Of a stretch of DNA of 64,000 nt, positions 37,701 through 49,480 are shown in pieces (within the stretch, counting starts at the first letter, position 1; each line of letters starts with the position of its first letter). The notes beneath the pieces were generated by a model, which worked only from the letters and a program-made list of their open reading frames with translations, did no database searches and was not told where the DNA came from. The DNA is taken from assembly GCF_031769215.1 (NCBI RefSeq), contig NW_026781869.1, forward strand, positions 248,001-312,000, in the 5' to 3' direction. This DNA comes from Ylistrum balloti (Eukaryota). The translations under genes and the position numbers were made by a program.

Positions 37701-40700
37701 TTTTATGCATCAGATAGTTATCGTTTTTAACGGGATACATTGTAATCCGTTTTCTGATTGCAAATTTACACTTGTAAAATATCCTCCGCATTTTTTTTTT
37801 TTTGCCAATCTCTTCTTGTAGACTTAATCACCAAAGATAGCTACCATGGTAGAGTTATAGAATAAACTATTGATTTGGCACTTGTAAAGTCAAAGATAAA
37901 TGTTGTCATGCTTAGTAATGAATGAATGTAAATGCCAAGTTGCAAATATATCGTTACTACTTTTGGATAGTTTGAAGAATGAAGTAATAAATTTGGAAAA
38001 GCAAAAAGCATCATCTAATAAATGTGAAAACAATATGTTTCTTTGATGTTGAAATATAAAGTTATTGTTCCTTTCTAGCTTGCGCGATATTAACTTTTTC
38101 TTCATTTAAAGACATAAACAGCTGCACTGTACCTACCAGAAATGGAGTGTAGTAGTTCCCATCACATTGTCACTTTTTAGCATGTTTCATTTTGCCTTGT
38201 GTATCTGGAAATGTGAACACAGTTTGACGCAGAGTGATATTGGATAGCAGATTGACGAGTTCCTTCCTCTTGGTAAAAGACGTTGCACATTATCACTGGC
38301 CCGTATACTAGCTATTATGTGTGTACTTTTGCTCCCTTAAGATGTATCATGTTGCTTTTGTATTCTGACATGTTCTAAAGTAGTCACAAATATAAAAAAA
38401 AATTGCATTTTTAAAGAATCATCTGGATTAACGTGCTGTATCACTTATTCATGACATAGTTACAACATGCATAGATCTTAAGACAGCTCATAGTAATCAC
38501 ATGCAGAAGGATTAATCGATATAATCATATAATTAATCATTGTACTATATACTTTATATGAGAGTGGAAGTAGAACGTCTTGCAGGTAGGGTATAAAATA
38601 TTGTGTTTGTTGTTCCAAATAAGTGGTCATGCGAAACGAATCAAGTCGAAATCTCGTTTTCTGAACAACACAATTCTTGACTTCCCTGATACTGCCTAAT
38701 TCCTGAACAACGCTTGTCTTATCTTTCCTAACACTGCCTAACCTTAGGCCTTTGAATATGGCCTTTTCCCTTTGCGAAATACTGTGAATTTTGTCCCATG
38801 GCCGACACAAATCAACAGATTTTATTATCGGTAATTGACACAGCCTGTTTGACGCACATCACTAAATAGAAAGAGACACAACTGGCCTATTCCTGTATAA
38901 CGGACGGGGAGGTATTGGTAATTTTGTCCATGATATCACAACTCATGGCCTTTCATATTTTATCCAATTTTCAGTAGGACTCGACTTTAAATTAAGTTAC
39001 GTTGTTTATAAGCAAAAAAAAAAAAAAAAAAAAAAAAAGCAAAGCCGATTGCAATAATGTACATTATGAATCATTCTACTTCACTTTTAATAGCCAACGG
39101 TTTATCCTTTCCGTTAATGTTTCTCGGGAAGAAATGGTGAGGTGAAACACCATGTACAACCTGCACATTCTGTCGAAAAAGAAAAACAGAAAAATCGTGT
39201 TAAATTTACAGTCTTACTTTGTCATGCTGCAGTGTGACGTATCGGATAGACGTGCTGTCATGAGTTTTAAAGTGGTCAGATTCTTTCAAATGAGGCGCTA
39301 CAATGGGAAGGCATAGTGCTACTATCCAAGCGGAATCGACTCATCTGAGCACTAGACATGCGCCAAAACATCACTGACATAGTTTGCAGGACGACACGAA
39401 GAAATGAGGATCATAGACGGATGTTTCGGTCTCTCAAATGCTCTCTGATGTTTGTTTATCTGACACATCATAGCAGATAACCAGCTTCTACGATGATGTC
39501 GAAATAGGTCACTAATCGTTGAGCCTATGTGTGATTTGGGTGATTTGTCATGTGACTTTCGATGAAAACAACAAATGAAGGCTTATGTTTGCAAACAAAA
39601 TGTTAAGTTATTGCATAATAATACATGATTATTAACAATATAATAATCAATTTTATAAACATAATGGACCTGGGACTTTCTTCTATGAGTTTCGCATTGA
39701 AAACAAATAAGCGAATAGAATTAATATGTTTTCCCTACTTTCATATCGTCGTATTTCGTGTTCCTTTTTTTCGTATTTGTCCTTTCTAAATCTCAAACAC
39801 AATCTCAAATATCATAGATAAATTTGATTCGTAGGCCATCGTCGAATAAGAAATCTGTCCTCTTAGAAAATCATTTTTTAAAATCCTCTGAAGTTTTATC
39901 ACAAGATGCTCCATATCTCTCTGTTTACAACACAAAAACACAGTAAGTTACATATGAAGGTATAGAATATTTTGTGTTACACATGTTATACTTGAGTAGG
40001 AAATTGAAGTCATTTATTCAAAATGAGGAAAATTTGAATAATTATCAGCTTAAAACGGAAATCTAAAGCATAAAGCATGATACCAGAACCTCTGACAGCT
40101 TAGTTATCAATTCATTTTCTTTGTAAAAAGTATTAACTACTTTGACTCCCCGTTTCTATAATCCCTCCAAACATTTTTTTATTTGAATTCGACTTGCAAG
40201 AAATCGCATTGATAATGCTGTGATTAAAATATGTGATGACATTGTCAGTGGGAGGTGAAGCATGCGTATCGTTTAAACCTGACGCTAATTCACTTGGCAG
40301 GAAGATAAAAACCGCCAAACTGACATCGTTTGTCATGCGTCCTTTTTTAAACAAGGAGGACAAAATGACATGTAAACTTTGAAACAAAGGGATAATTGAA
40401 CCTCGTTCGCTTGATACCAAACAGCTGAGTAATAATTGCTGAGTAACGGTTCACTACAGAAATATTGTTTATACTTTCAGTTATCGCTCAGTAAATGTCA
40501 TTGCAATCCCTTCGCTGTTGGTTTATCACCGTAGAACTATTGATTCGATTTTATTTCTATCGTTTTGTATAGAATTAAATATTTTTAAATCGAGTGATAC
40601 TATATTCTACTTGATCCAATTTGAAGATTATGCCGCAGTATAACAATATAAGTTACAGCGGTGTCATGCATGAGTTTGTGTTCAAAACAAGGCGTGTTAT

Positions 40701-41826
40701 CCGGAGTTTCAGCACGAGTACCTTGTGGGAATTCGACAAACATGAACTTAGTTTCTAGGAACATGATGTTATCATTCGGCAAAAGCAAAAACATGAATTA
40801 GGGAATAGCTACTGTACTTTCATGTTGCTACTTCATGACCATTGGCAATCTAAGGATGGCTGATATTATCACTGAGCTTTAGTTAGAATTTGTTTCAATG
40901 TTTTGTTTATTCCACTACAGCTTGGTACTTCTGGAACATATGTTTAGCAAGAAAAACACAAAAAAGGATTACAAAAATGGTTAACTGTTATACAACGAAC
41001 ACTTACACATTAACGCATTTTTGCATGTCGCTTTACAAACTCTTCTAATAAATGCAGACCTGATGACGAAAATTCACTTGTCGTTGCATCGTGTAATAAA
41101 TCGGGATTTCTGTATCGCTTTTGCACACGAGGTAATGCTAGGGATTTATTAATATATTAGTGGGCACTTGTCGGTGATTTGTGACGAGATTTGCTTGTGA
41201 GTAGTATCATATTATCAGTAAGTGACACTTTATTAACCAGGTGTAAATTTACTGCTACAACCGGGTGTCTAATTACTACATAAGAGGTATCACAACGAGG
41301 CTGTCACTAGAAGGTTCATATGAATCAATAGCTTTGGTATCAAGACAACGAATAAGTATGCCCGGGGGAGACCCACTCCGTTACAATGGTGTAACAGAAA
41401 TGTATTTACGGTCGTAATATCTCGGCCGTTTCCATGAATCAACTTAACATTTTCATAACCTCATCTGGCTTAAACACAATCTGGATGGTGTTAATTTCAC
41501 GTGTGTGTTTCTATGGTGTCATAGATAATATCGTGGAGGAGTTGTACGGACCATAAACTTTTAATATATGTTAAACGAGCTGAAATCTGTTATATTTTAT
41601 TGCCTGGTGCTGACCGTATCAGCTGTGACGCTTCATGTAATCCAGCAAAACTGAATATGTTATCGGCCTGTTATTTACAAGTCACTTGTGATGAAGTCGA
41701 ATAAAGATCGCGTGATTCAGATCACTTACATTATCGGATTTATAATAAAAGGTCTAAGAAACAAATGTCATACTGGCTCTCAAATACAACCATACAATTT
41801 AGTGAAGCTTTCAGGAAAATCCTCGA

Positions 41827-41905
41827 AGCCTTAGCTCGTGGATAGAGAATCGAATTTCGAATGTATTCAAACAATAACGATGTCGCGGTAAGTCCCGACA
41901 TAGGT
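41827..41905 (+). mobile_element. Possible degenerate tRNA-derived SINE head
   Basis: gccttagctcgtggatagag resembles a tRNA D-arm/A-box, and gtcgcggtaagtcccgac resembles a decayed T-arm/B-box. It is not a foldable tRNA. Confidence 0.33.
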
Positions 41906-42971
41906 CATTTAAAATACTTAATCTGAAACCGATACTACCTTACTAGTACATTAATCATAGCAACGAAAAAAAGTTGTTCTGACAGATTCAGCACCTTGCC
42001 TGTCAATCCGAGTAATGTCATGTCGTTAAACTGCGGACCAGGTTAATAGTTAGGAAACCAATCGAATACTATATCGAAGTTAATTCCTCTACTTATTATC
42101 ATAGCAATGTCCCGAAAGTTTTTTTACAGTCTGTACACGCGGTTGTGGTGGGTTTTAATCTAAAATCAAGTATCTTTACAGTATAAGTAACTATTCCATC
42201 ACCAATGAAGTACAACACTTTTGTCAATATCATGTCAATTTAGATGTCATATGTGTGTCCAAAGGCATTCAAGTTTACATTGTCGAAGAAGATGTTGTAT
42301 CAGAAGGATTATCTAAGGTTACGTACATCCCCGCCCTACATTAACGAAACGAAAAATCCGGTATTGTAACATCATAATATGGAATGACGTCGAGAAAGTC
42401 ATTTCCAACTAATGATTTAAAAGGGAAAAGAGCTTATAATAATTGACTGTATGTTAGTGGTGGCGAATGAACGGCTGTGAAAACCACGGGTCAGAACGCA
42501 ATATTTTGATGTATATTGAATCTGTCATGTCGATTGTCGTTTCCTGTCATACAGTCTAGCCGGCTGTGATGAGATGGTGATAGGAGTAAATACATAGACC
42601 ACTGACCTATTACAAAAAGACGAGTAATTACGATGATTGTACTAAAGACATATTGCAGACATTGCAATGTACCATGAAAGGCAAGTGTTTAGGTGTAATA
42701 TTTAAAATTCAATCAATGGCACACTGTAGTTTGTACTATTTTTCACATTTGAGATGCTGTACTTTTAATCAACATTTACAATAAAATGTTATCTGATTTT
42801 GGAAATTGTACTTGGTCGCATCCTCTTTTTGTATTAAATGAATTTGATTAACATCCTTGTTTTGAAAGCGAAGGGGCTCCAATGATACGGTCGAGCACGT
42901 AGTTGTGAACCATCTTCGGATCTTTTCTTTCATTTCGAAAAGAAAATAACGTTTTCTCGCTTATTTCTCTC

Positions 42972-43250
42972 TTGATAGTTGTGAATTTTCCATTTCTGGA
43001 TAGCAGCATACCTGCATCGCCAACATATGGCGTTTACGTGTCGCAGTTGATTCGATATTCACGAGCCTGTTCTCATTATCACGATTTTTTTCTTTTTGCC
43101 ATATGAAGCTGGAAGTATTTGCTGTTCGTTAGTGTGCCAATGTTTCCGTTGTCATATATTTTCCTCTCATTTGAGAACATGACATTACTTACTAGGATTG
43201 AACAGAATTTACATAGCAGGTGTCTCCGATGAAGCAGAAGACGTCTAGTC
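42972..43250 (+). mobile_element. Penelope-like retroelement RT C-terminal fragment with 3' tail (copy D)
   Basis: In-frame VVNFPFLDSSIPASPTYGVYVSQLIRYSRACSHYHDF (42978-43088), the characteristic post-RT motif of a Penelope-like family. It is followed by tttacatagcaggtgtctccgatgaagcagaagacg. Confidence 0.8.
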
Positions 43251-44109
43251 TTGTAATTATATTGACATGTTCGTATTTTCTGGTTATTTTTTAAGACAGC
43301 TTCAATCCTGGTCCTTATGCTGAATGTCTGCTGAAATGATAAAGACTACGGCTTCCATGCACTAATCGTATGGACTCGCCTCGCGCACTTGAGTAGGATA
43401 TTCTGAAATGACTGTTGACATAACGATAATAAAACTAATTTTGTCTCTAGGTCTAGAGATGCCAAAATCATCAACATAGTACTTAAATAAGTACTTCGGG
43501 TTCCCTACAAAATGCACAGCATTGAATGCAATGCTCAAGAATTGATCTTTGACTACGTGAACCAGTAGAAATGTCACGCCATCATGTCCAGTCTGATATA
43601 ACAGTGTGATTGTTCTATAATAGAGTCCATCAGTAGAGCCCATTATCCGATAACAACGTCTTCATATTATCACGTTTATATGTTTTGTCGTGTTAAGAAT
43701 TTTTTTGTCATAATGTTTTTCCCATTTCATTATCTTATCAGTATTTGTATAGCATGAGGTGATTTTCAGTGTTCAAGCTGTAACCTGAATTTATTCTATT
43801 CGTCAGCAATACGCATTGTTTAACAGACACATCTACGTTATTGTGTTTAGAGCATCACGTTTACGTCTCATAATTATTTGGTATGCCGATAAGTATCAAT
43901 GATTTCCGCACAAAAACGTTGAACGAAAATTCCCATCTCTTTACTGCCTCCCAGAGCCACTCATGACCTACGGGCTTTGGTTTGGGAAATTTCATTTTGC
44001 TACTGTCAGACCAATCAGACGTTTCCGTTGGAGGTATGGAGTTAATTAGGACAGAATTTACTAACGACAATTTCAGTCTATAATGTCTAAACAGTCAGCA
44101 ATACTTCAT

Positions 44110-44560
44110 TTTTATTTCTTTATTTCCAGATAGCAACATCCCAGCTTCCCTACACATGTTGTTAACATGTTGCAAAAGGTTCGAGTAAAAAATAAAATTT
44201 CCAGGGCAAGATATAGACAACTGAAATATAATGATATAGCATAGGGTTCCGACAGATACATTTTTATTATATCATATGAAAGAAACCCATTATAAAGATA
44301 TCATAGAAAAAAGTTTTTTGAATGATATGGAGTTGAAAAATGTTTAACACTCGTTAAAATGCATAGTGGGTTTGTCTTTGCTAACCTTTGCCTCACATGG
44401 AAGCGTAACATTAATTGGAAGAGAGAAGATTTAAGTGGTGGGTGTCACTTATAAAACATAAGACCCTCATCCTTTCGGAACACTTTGTCGTATCTTCCTT
44501 GTACTTATTTTCTAGAGATGTGTAAGTAATTCTTTTATCCCAGTTTCATCAAGTCTCCAG
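44110..44560 (+). mobile_element. Second degenerate Penelope-like 3' fragment with tail (copy E)
   Basis: FPDSNIPAS-like motif at about 44122, then gtggtgggtgtcac...cctttcggaacactttgtcgtatcttccttgtac at 44431-44505. Confidence 0.5.
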
Positions 44561-46344
44561 TTTCAATTAAGATTCTGTGGACATTCTCATTATTGTTTGA
44601 GCATAATTCCTGTCTGGATTTTAATACTCGTGGTATAGTTCAACGTGTTATTTTGACACATTTTAGAAACTTCCTCAATATTTACAACACACATACAATA
44701 TACAATGTGCATAGTGCCACAGCATTACATGATGCCATAACTTTTATTGAGAATTTGTTTGTTATATGTGGGTGGAGTGGTGATTATGGAGTCCAAGCAT
44801 TTTGTTGAGAGAGAAAAACGGCAACTTTCATATCCATCCTTTCTTCATCCAGACAACACGATTTTGAGATACATGCATCATACCATCTAAATAGTCAAAC
44901 ATGCTATATTGTGCGTTATGTTCATGCTAAGTTTTGCATCTCCGCATTATGTGTCTAGGTTGTTCATTTAATTATGAATATCGGTTAATAACCTTTGTTA
45001 TGTTCTTGTGCCGCTGGTGTAACTGCGTGCAATAAAACGTATTAAATCTCTTTTTCTTAATGAAAAATACATATTATCTGCCGTTACCATTATATACCTA
45101 TATACAATCGTCGGTCGTGGAAATATGATTACGTTGTATGAGTACCGCTATAACTCTGTGATTCATTACAAATTGGGCTCGCCCTTATGATAACTGATAT
45201 AAAATCAAAGAAACGACTGCCTGATAATTATCATGGTACCATGCGACGATACATCAATCTCTTTAATCCGTCTTCCATAGACCCAACCTCTAAAAAGATT
45301 TGTTTTCAACCTACACATATGGTAATAGATACCTAGATGATATGTGACTTCTGTAAGTCTCAGGACAATCCCCACATAAAGTACAACTGTATTTACCCTC
45401 ACGGCGACACTGTGACGCCTGCTGTAAGAAGCTCGCTACTAAGCCCTAGCCCAGAGGATTCCTGGTCCCAAGGCAATCTGTGCTGGCGAGCTTGACTGTT
45501 TATCACCTTCACTAGTGTAAATGAATCTATTTTATTTCTAGTCCCAAGCTGAAATAATTGATGCTAGATCAGCTTTGTATACCTACACTAGAATTCCTGG
45601 TAGTCCAATGTGTTTTCCTATCGGAAACTTAGTTATATCTGTCGTTTCATGTTTTAAGGGATGTACGGGTGACACGGTGCAAAGTCAGTTCTGTCAAGGT
45701 ACAGTGTTCTGAAAGCAAAAAGAATGGATGACAAACATGATTTTTATTGCATTGTAAATTAACACTAAAAAGTAATTTGAAGTCAGGCATGATAAAAGAA
45801 TGAAACACATTTGTCTAACAATCCGAGCAAGTACTCTGATGTTTAGATTTTCTACTGGTGTGTTGATACAGCGAATTTGCTTTCGTTTATTGAGATAATT
45901 TAATGGATTACGTTTAACTGTTTAAATATGCATCTTCATCCTTCCGCCTTAACTTTGTCTTTTAAATTGAGCAGTAACAACTACTAACTACATAATGCTA
46001 TCAGTGTTCAGGTTGTGACACGTGGGTGTGTTGGCATCATAAATATGACCGTTTCTGGTCCTACCTTCCGTTAAACACTGTATTTATATTCATTTAACTA
46101 TTAAGGGACGTATGACCCCTTCTAACTACAATGTAATTGAGGCATCTTCATCGAAAGGCTATTAATCTACGTTTCTTTTTCTACAATAATGTTCGGCAAC
46201 ACAGCTGACCCTAGTTGTTTAGTCAATTCTATAGTAAAATTGCGGCAACTCCTTGCTGTTTCATGCTAATGGTTAGAGAGACACCAACAATGCATGTTAT
46301 TCGATAGTTCCATAACTAAGAGAACACGTCGTAATAGGAGAGAC

Positions 46345-46498
46345 CATTTGACGGCATGATGTCTTTTGTAACCTAGTATTCCAACATGTCACATGGACAT
46401 TTGAAGGCATGATGTCTTTTGTAACCTAGTATTCCAACATGTCACATGGACATTTGACGGCATGATGTCTTTTGTAACCTAGTATTCCCAATTGTCAC
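46345..46498. repeat. 53-bp tandem repeat, about 3 copies
   Basis: catttgacggcatgatgtcttttgtaacctagtattccaacatgtcacatgga starts at 46345, 46398 and 46451. Confidence 0.95.
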
Positions 46499-46934
46499 AG
46501 GTAATGCAATTTAAAATTTGACGAACATATATGTCTTCTAGATTTCTGAGGCTTAGACACAATAGAACTGATATCGATACTATAAGAGTTACAATCACGT
46601 TCGCTCTCTGTACACCTGGAACATATCATGGCAAAATTGAAGATTCCATGTGCGTTACCTTGTGGACAAGATGAAAAGGATAGTTTGATCCTTTGATGTA
46701 CATCAAACGAATTTCGAGGTCATATACGGTATGTTGTAATGGCTTTGAAGTTGGGTGTCGCTCCTTTGTAAACTTCAAAAAGAGGCATGTAAATTACTTC
46801 GCCTGTGTCTTCTGTTTTGCCACGACATGTTCCAGGGGTGCATGGAGCGGAAGTGATCGTACCCCTAGTAGTATCCAAGATGTCGTTTTACAAATATAGC
46901 ACTATCCATACAGTCTACGATTTTTATTACAGAT

Positions 46935-47504
46935 ATGATGCGATTCATAGCACTGTTGACTCTACTCGTGGAGACTTGCCTGGCTTTCCCGCCATTCAGC
47001 CGCGGATCATACACACTCAAAGTGAGCGGTGAACGCAATGGATATGACGCAGACGCAACGCCAAGTACGGATCACACAAATTCTCTTAGTCTCGGTGACG
47101 TTATGATGCAGACCCTTGCCAACCAAGGGACAAATGTTGTGGTAAGTGACAGGTACGAGTATACTACAAACCCTTCCGAGGGTGACTGGGACGTGTTCCG
47201 GGCTGGGCTGGTCTCCCCACCCTCGGGCCTCCTACAACAGTGTTTGTCTCTTTCATCAACAGGCATGCAACAGCTGTTATACTGCATCAAACTATTATCG
47301 AATAAAGATCAACTTCATCAGTCAAATGTTCAATCAAAAAGAGGCCCGCTTAAGCTTAACCCAACAGGATGGAAGAGAAAAAAGAGGAGTACAAACGATG
47401 ACATGCAGAGAGAATTAGAAAATATAAGGATTCAGTCCATGTTGAATCAGTTACTTGAAAAACGCCAAAATGCCAATCCTCGATTTAACCCGACAGGCTG
47501 GTAA
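46935..47504 (+). CDS. Neuropeptide/peptide-hormone-like precursor (189 aa) yielding GPLKLNPTGW and QNANPRFNPTGW; family unassigned
   Basis: Single coding exon after acceptor tttttattacag (46931-46932). It has a signal peptide MMRFIALLTLLVETCLA, KR-GPLKLNPTGW-KRKKR, a spacer STNDDMQRELENIRIQSMLNQLLE, and KR-QNANPRFNPTGW-stop. The two peptides share NPTGW, and there is one Cys pair in the pro-region. Confidence 0.88.
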   Translation: MMRFIALLTLLVETCLAFPPFSRGSYTLKVSGERNGYDADATPSTDHTNSLSLGDVMMQTLANQGTNVVVSDRYEYTTNPSEGDWDVFRAGLVSPPSGLLQQCLSLSSTGMQQLLYCIKLLSNKDQLHQSNVQSKRGPLKLNPTGWKRKKRSTNDDMQRELENIRIQSMLNQLLEKRQNANPRFNPTGW

Positions 47505-48862
47505 TCACTCCAGGCGCCTAGATGGTGGTAAAACGAACATTTGTCGTGTGAAGTAGTCTCTCTCTCTTTTCTTATTTCATATGTTCCTATTAAATGAATT
47601 TATGAATGCAGAATTTGCGTTTTTGTGTTGGGTGACTGAAGACAAGAGAAGGTGGTTTGGTAGATAAGATAAAATAACACCAATATAGAACCGATATGTC
47701 AACAGACCGGTAGTTCAAGCTCTGAACAAAGAAACACATAAAGGACATCAGCACGTAAGTGAAGAATAAGACCGGCTTCATGAACGGTGTCGTAAGACAA
47801 ACAAATAAGGAATCGTAGAAAATATGCCGTTTCCTTAACAACTATATTTTTTTCGTCAGGCATTTACTATTGCGTTAGGAAAAGTAAGTAAATGTGAACA
47901 CTATAAAATGTTTTTATTCGAAAATGGTAGCACATGTAACTGCCTTCATAATAATAGAGTCATACACGGGCACGTCACGTTTTTTTTAATCATCTCATAT
48001 TGAAAATTAAGACAATGAGAGATTACTATACCTTCCCATCTTAATATCTGATACATTTCGATTTTCATTAGATATCTCTTCGGTTACAAACTTATAGGTC
48101 GTAACATCACATATCAGTCCTTATTAGGACCAAATTGCGATTTTACTGTCGAGCCATATTGTTTAGGTCATTATATTGCAGTGTGACAACGCTACACAAT
48201 CGTCTTTTTATGATCTTTGTTGTGGAGCCAAATATAATTTAGCGTCCTTGTAATTCTACGTCGTCACAACAATTGAGTTATTCATGATTTCTTCTAAAAC
48301 GAGGTCGATCAACATTGCTGATTTTACCAACATCTCTTTTACACTTTTCAGTAATGTTCCATTCAGCAATAGCCTACCACAATTTAGTTATCGAATTCAA
48401 CAAGCGGTCGTCAGCCTGATACGCGTGCGATATTTTTATTATGGAAATAACCCACTAGACTGGTCAGATCCCATCTCTCATAACTCAGTTTAATAAATAT
48501 ATATAGTAATGTACTTTACAATGCGAGGCGTAGATCATTTCTAATTTTAAAATTGGACCTGAACTGACGACTTTTGTACCATTTTGATTTCCCTCTACGG
48601 TGTTAGCAAATTATTAAATCTCCGTCTAAATAACTCACATTACGCAAGGCGTTTTTGTTTATAAGCCGTTCAGTGCAAGATATATGATATAACTTTCAAG
48701 GGACCTCTGATGTTCATCTGATTTGACATTCAGTTACACAATATATATGAGACGTGTTGACATGTCTGAAACGCTGCACTGAAGTATATAGTACACGAGA
48801 TGGTAGATTCTCGAACACTGTATTCGTCGATTTTCAAATAGGACTGGATCTAGTATAGCACA

Positions 48863-49480
48863 TCACCAGATATCAAAAAAAGAGTAATCAAAGTGTTTGA
48901 AAAGAATGTCATGGTCTATGACGCCGAATACAGCAGACAATTCAAGTATGACACGCACGGCTCTGCACTTGTTATCCAAGGCGGCAGGGATGGCAATGAG
49001 GACATAAAAAACAGCCTTCTCAGTAGACCGAGCTGTGTGATATACCAAGTGTAGATGTTCTAGTGAGTATTTGCATGGAGATTAGCCTCTAGATGTTGAG
49101 ACACAATTCTCTACAATATCTTAGGAAGGATATGTTTGAAATCAGGTGAAAGCTCTTCAACTCTTCCTTGTCCATTCTATAGCTTTTCAATTCTTCCTTG
49201 TTCATTCCAGATTGTAACAATGGTCTAACGTAGGCCTTGGACTTGATTTCATTGAACACTTGTTAGTGATTAAGAGCGTCAAGACGTTGCTTCACCACAA
49301 ATACTGGAAGAGGATTCAGAGGACTTTGATTACAAGCTCGCGATTATCTTTGCTGATGTGAGCTGCGTCCGTGCTTTGTCATCGTATTTGATGTCAGCAG
49401 TCATGGTAGAGATACATCAACACAATTCACAAAAGCAATCTTCTGTCTGAATATGTTGATTTTATTCTGCAAGTAATCGC
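48863..49480 (-). mobile_element. Degenerate CR1/L2-type LINE reverse-transcriptase fragment
   Basis: The minus strand reads KSSE-PLPVFVVKQRLDAL (cf. KSCELDPLP..LLKQCL) and then HTARSTEKAVFYVLIAIPAALDNKCRAVRVILELSAVFGVIDHDILF (cf. HSTETALL...ALD...VLVLLDLSAAFDTIDHDILL). Confidence 0.85.

Noticed and set aside
38478-38810. 110-aa minus ORF as a transposase HTH
   Set aside because: The resemblance is vague and no downstream catalytic motifs were found.
43362-43643. YYVDD in a minus-strand ORF as an RT active site
   Set aside because: The surrounding RT motifs are missing or out of order. At most it is unassignable decayed retroelement sequence.
45170-45345. LGSPL and RYLDD as Penelope RT motifs
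   Set aside because: The spacing is too long, stops intervene, and there is no other support.
47072-47418. Overlapping ORFs 47072-47290 (-) and 47146-47418 (+)
   Set aside because: They are alternative-frame shadows of the GC-richer precursor exon. The ORFs 54773-55012 and 55122-55325 inside STEAP are rejected for the same reason.
46935-47504. Assignment of the NPTGW precursor to AKH/GnRH/corazonin or APGWamide
   Set aside because: Those GnRH-superfamily peptides follow the signal peptide directly as single amidated copies, and APGWamide is multi-copy and amidated. Here there are two C-terminal, non-amidated copies.
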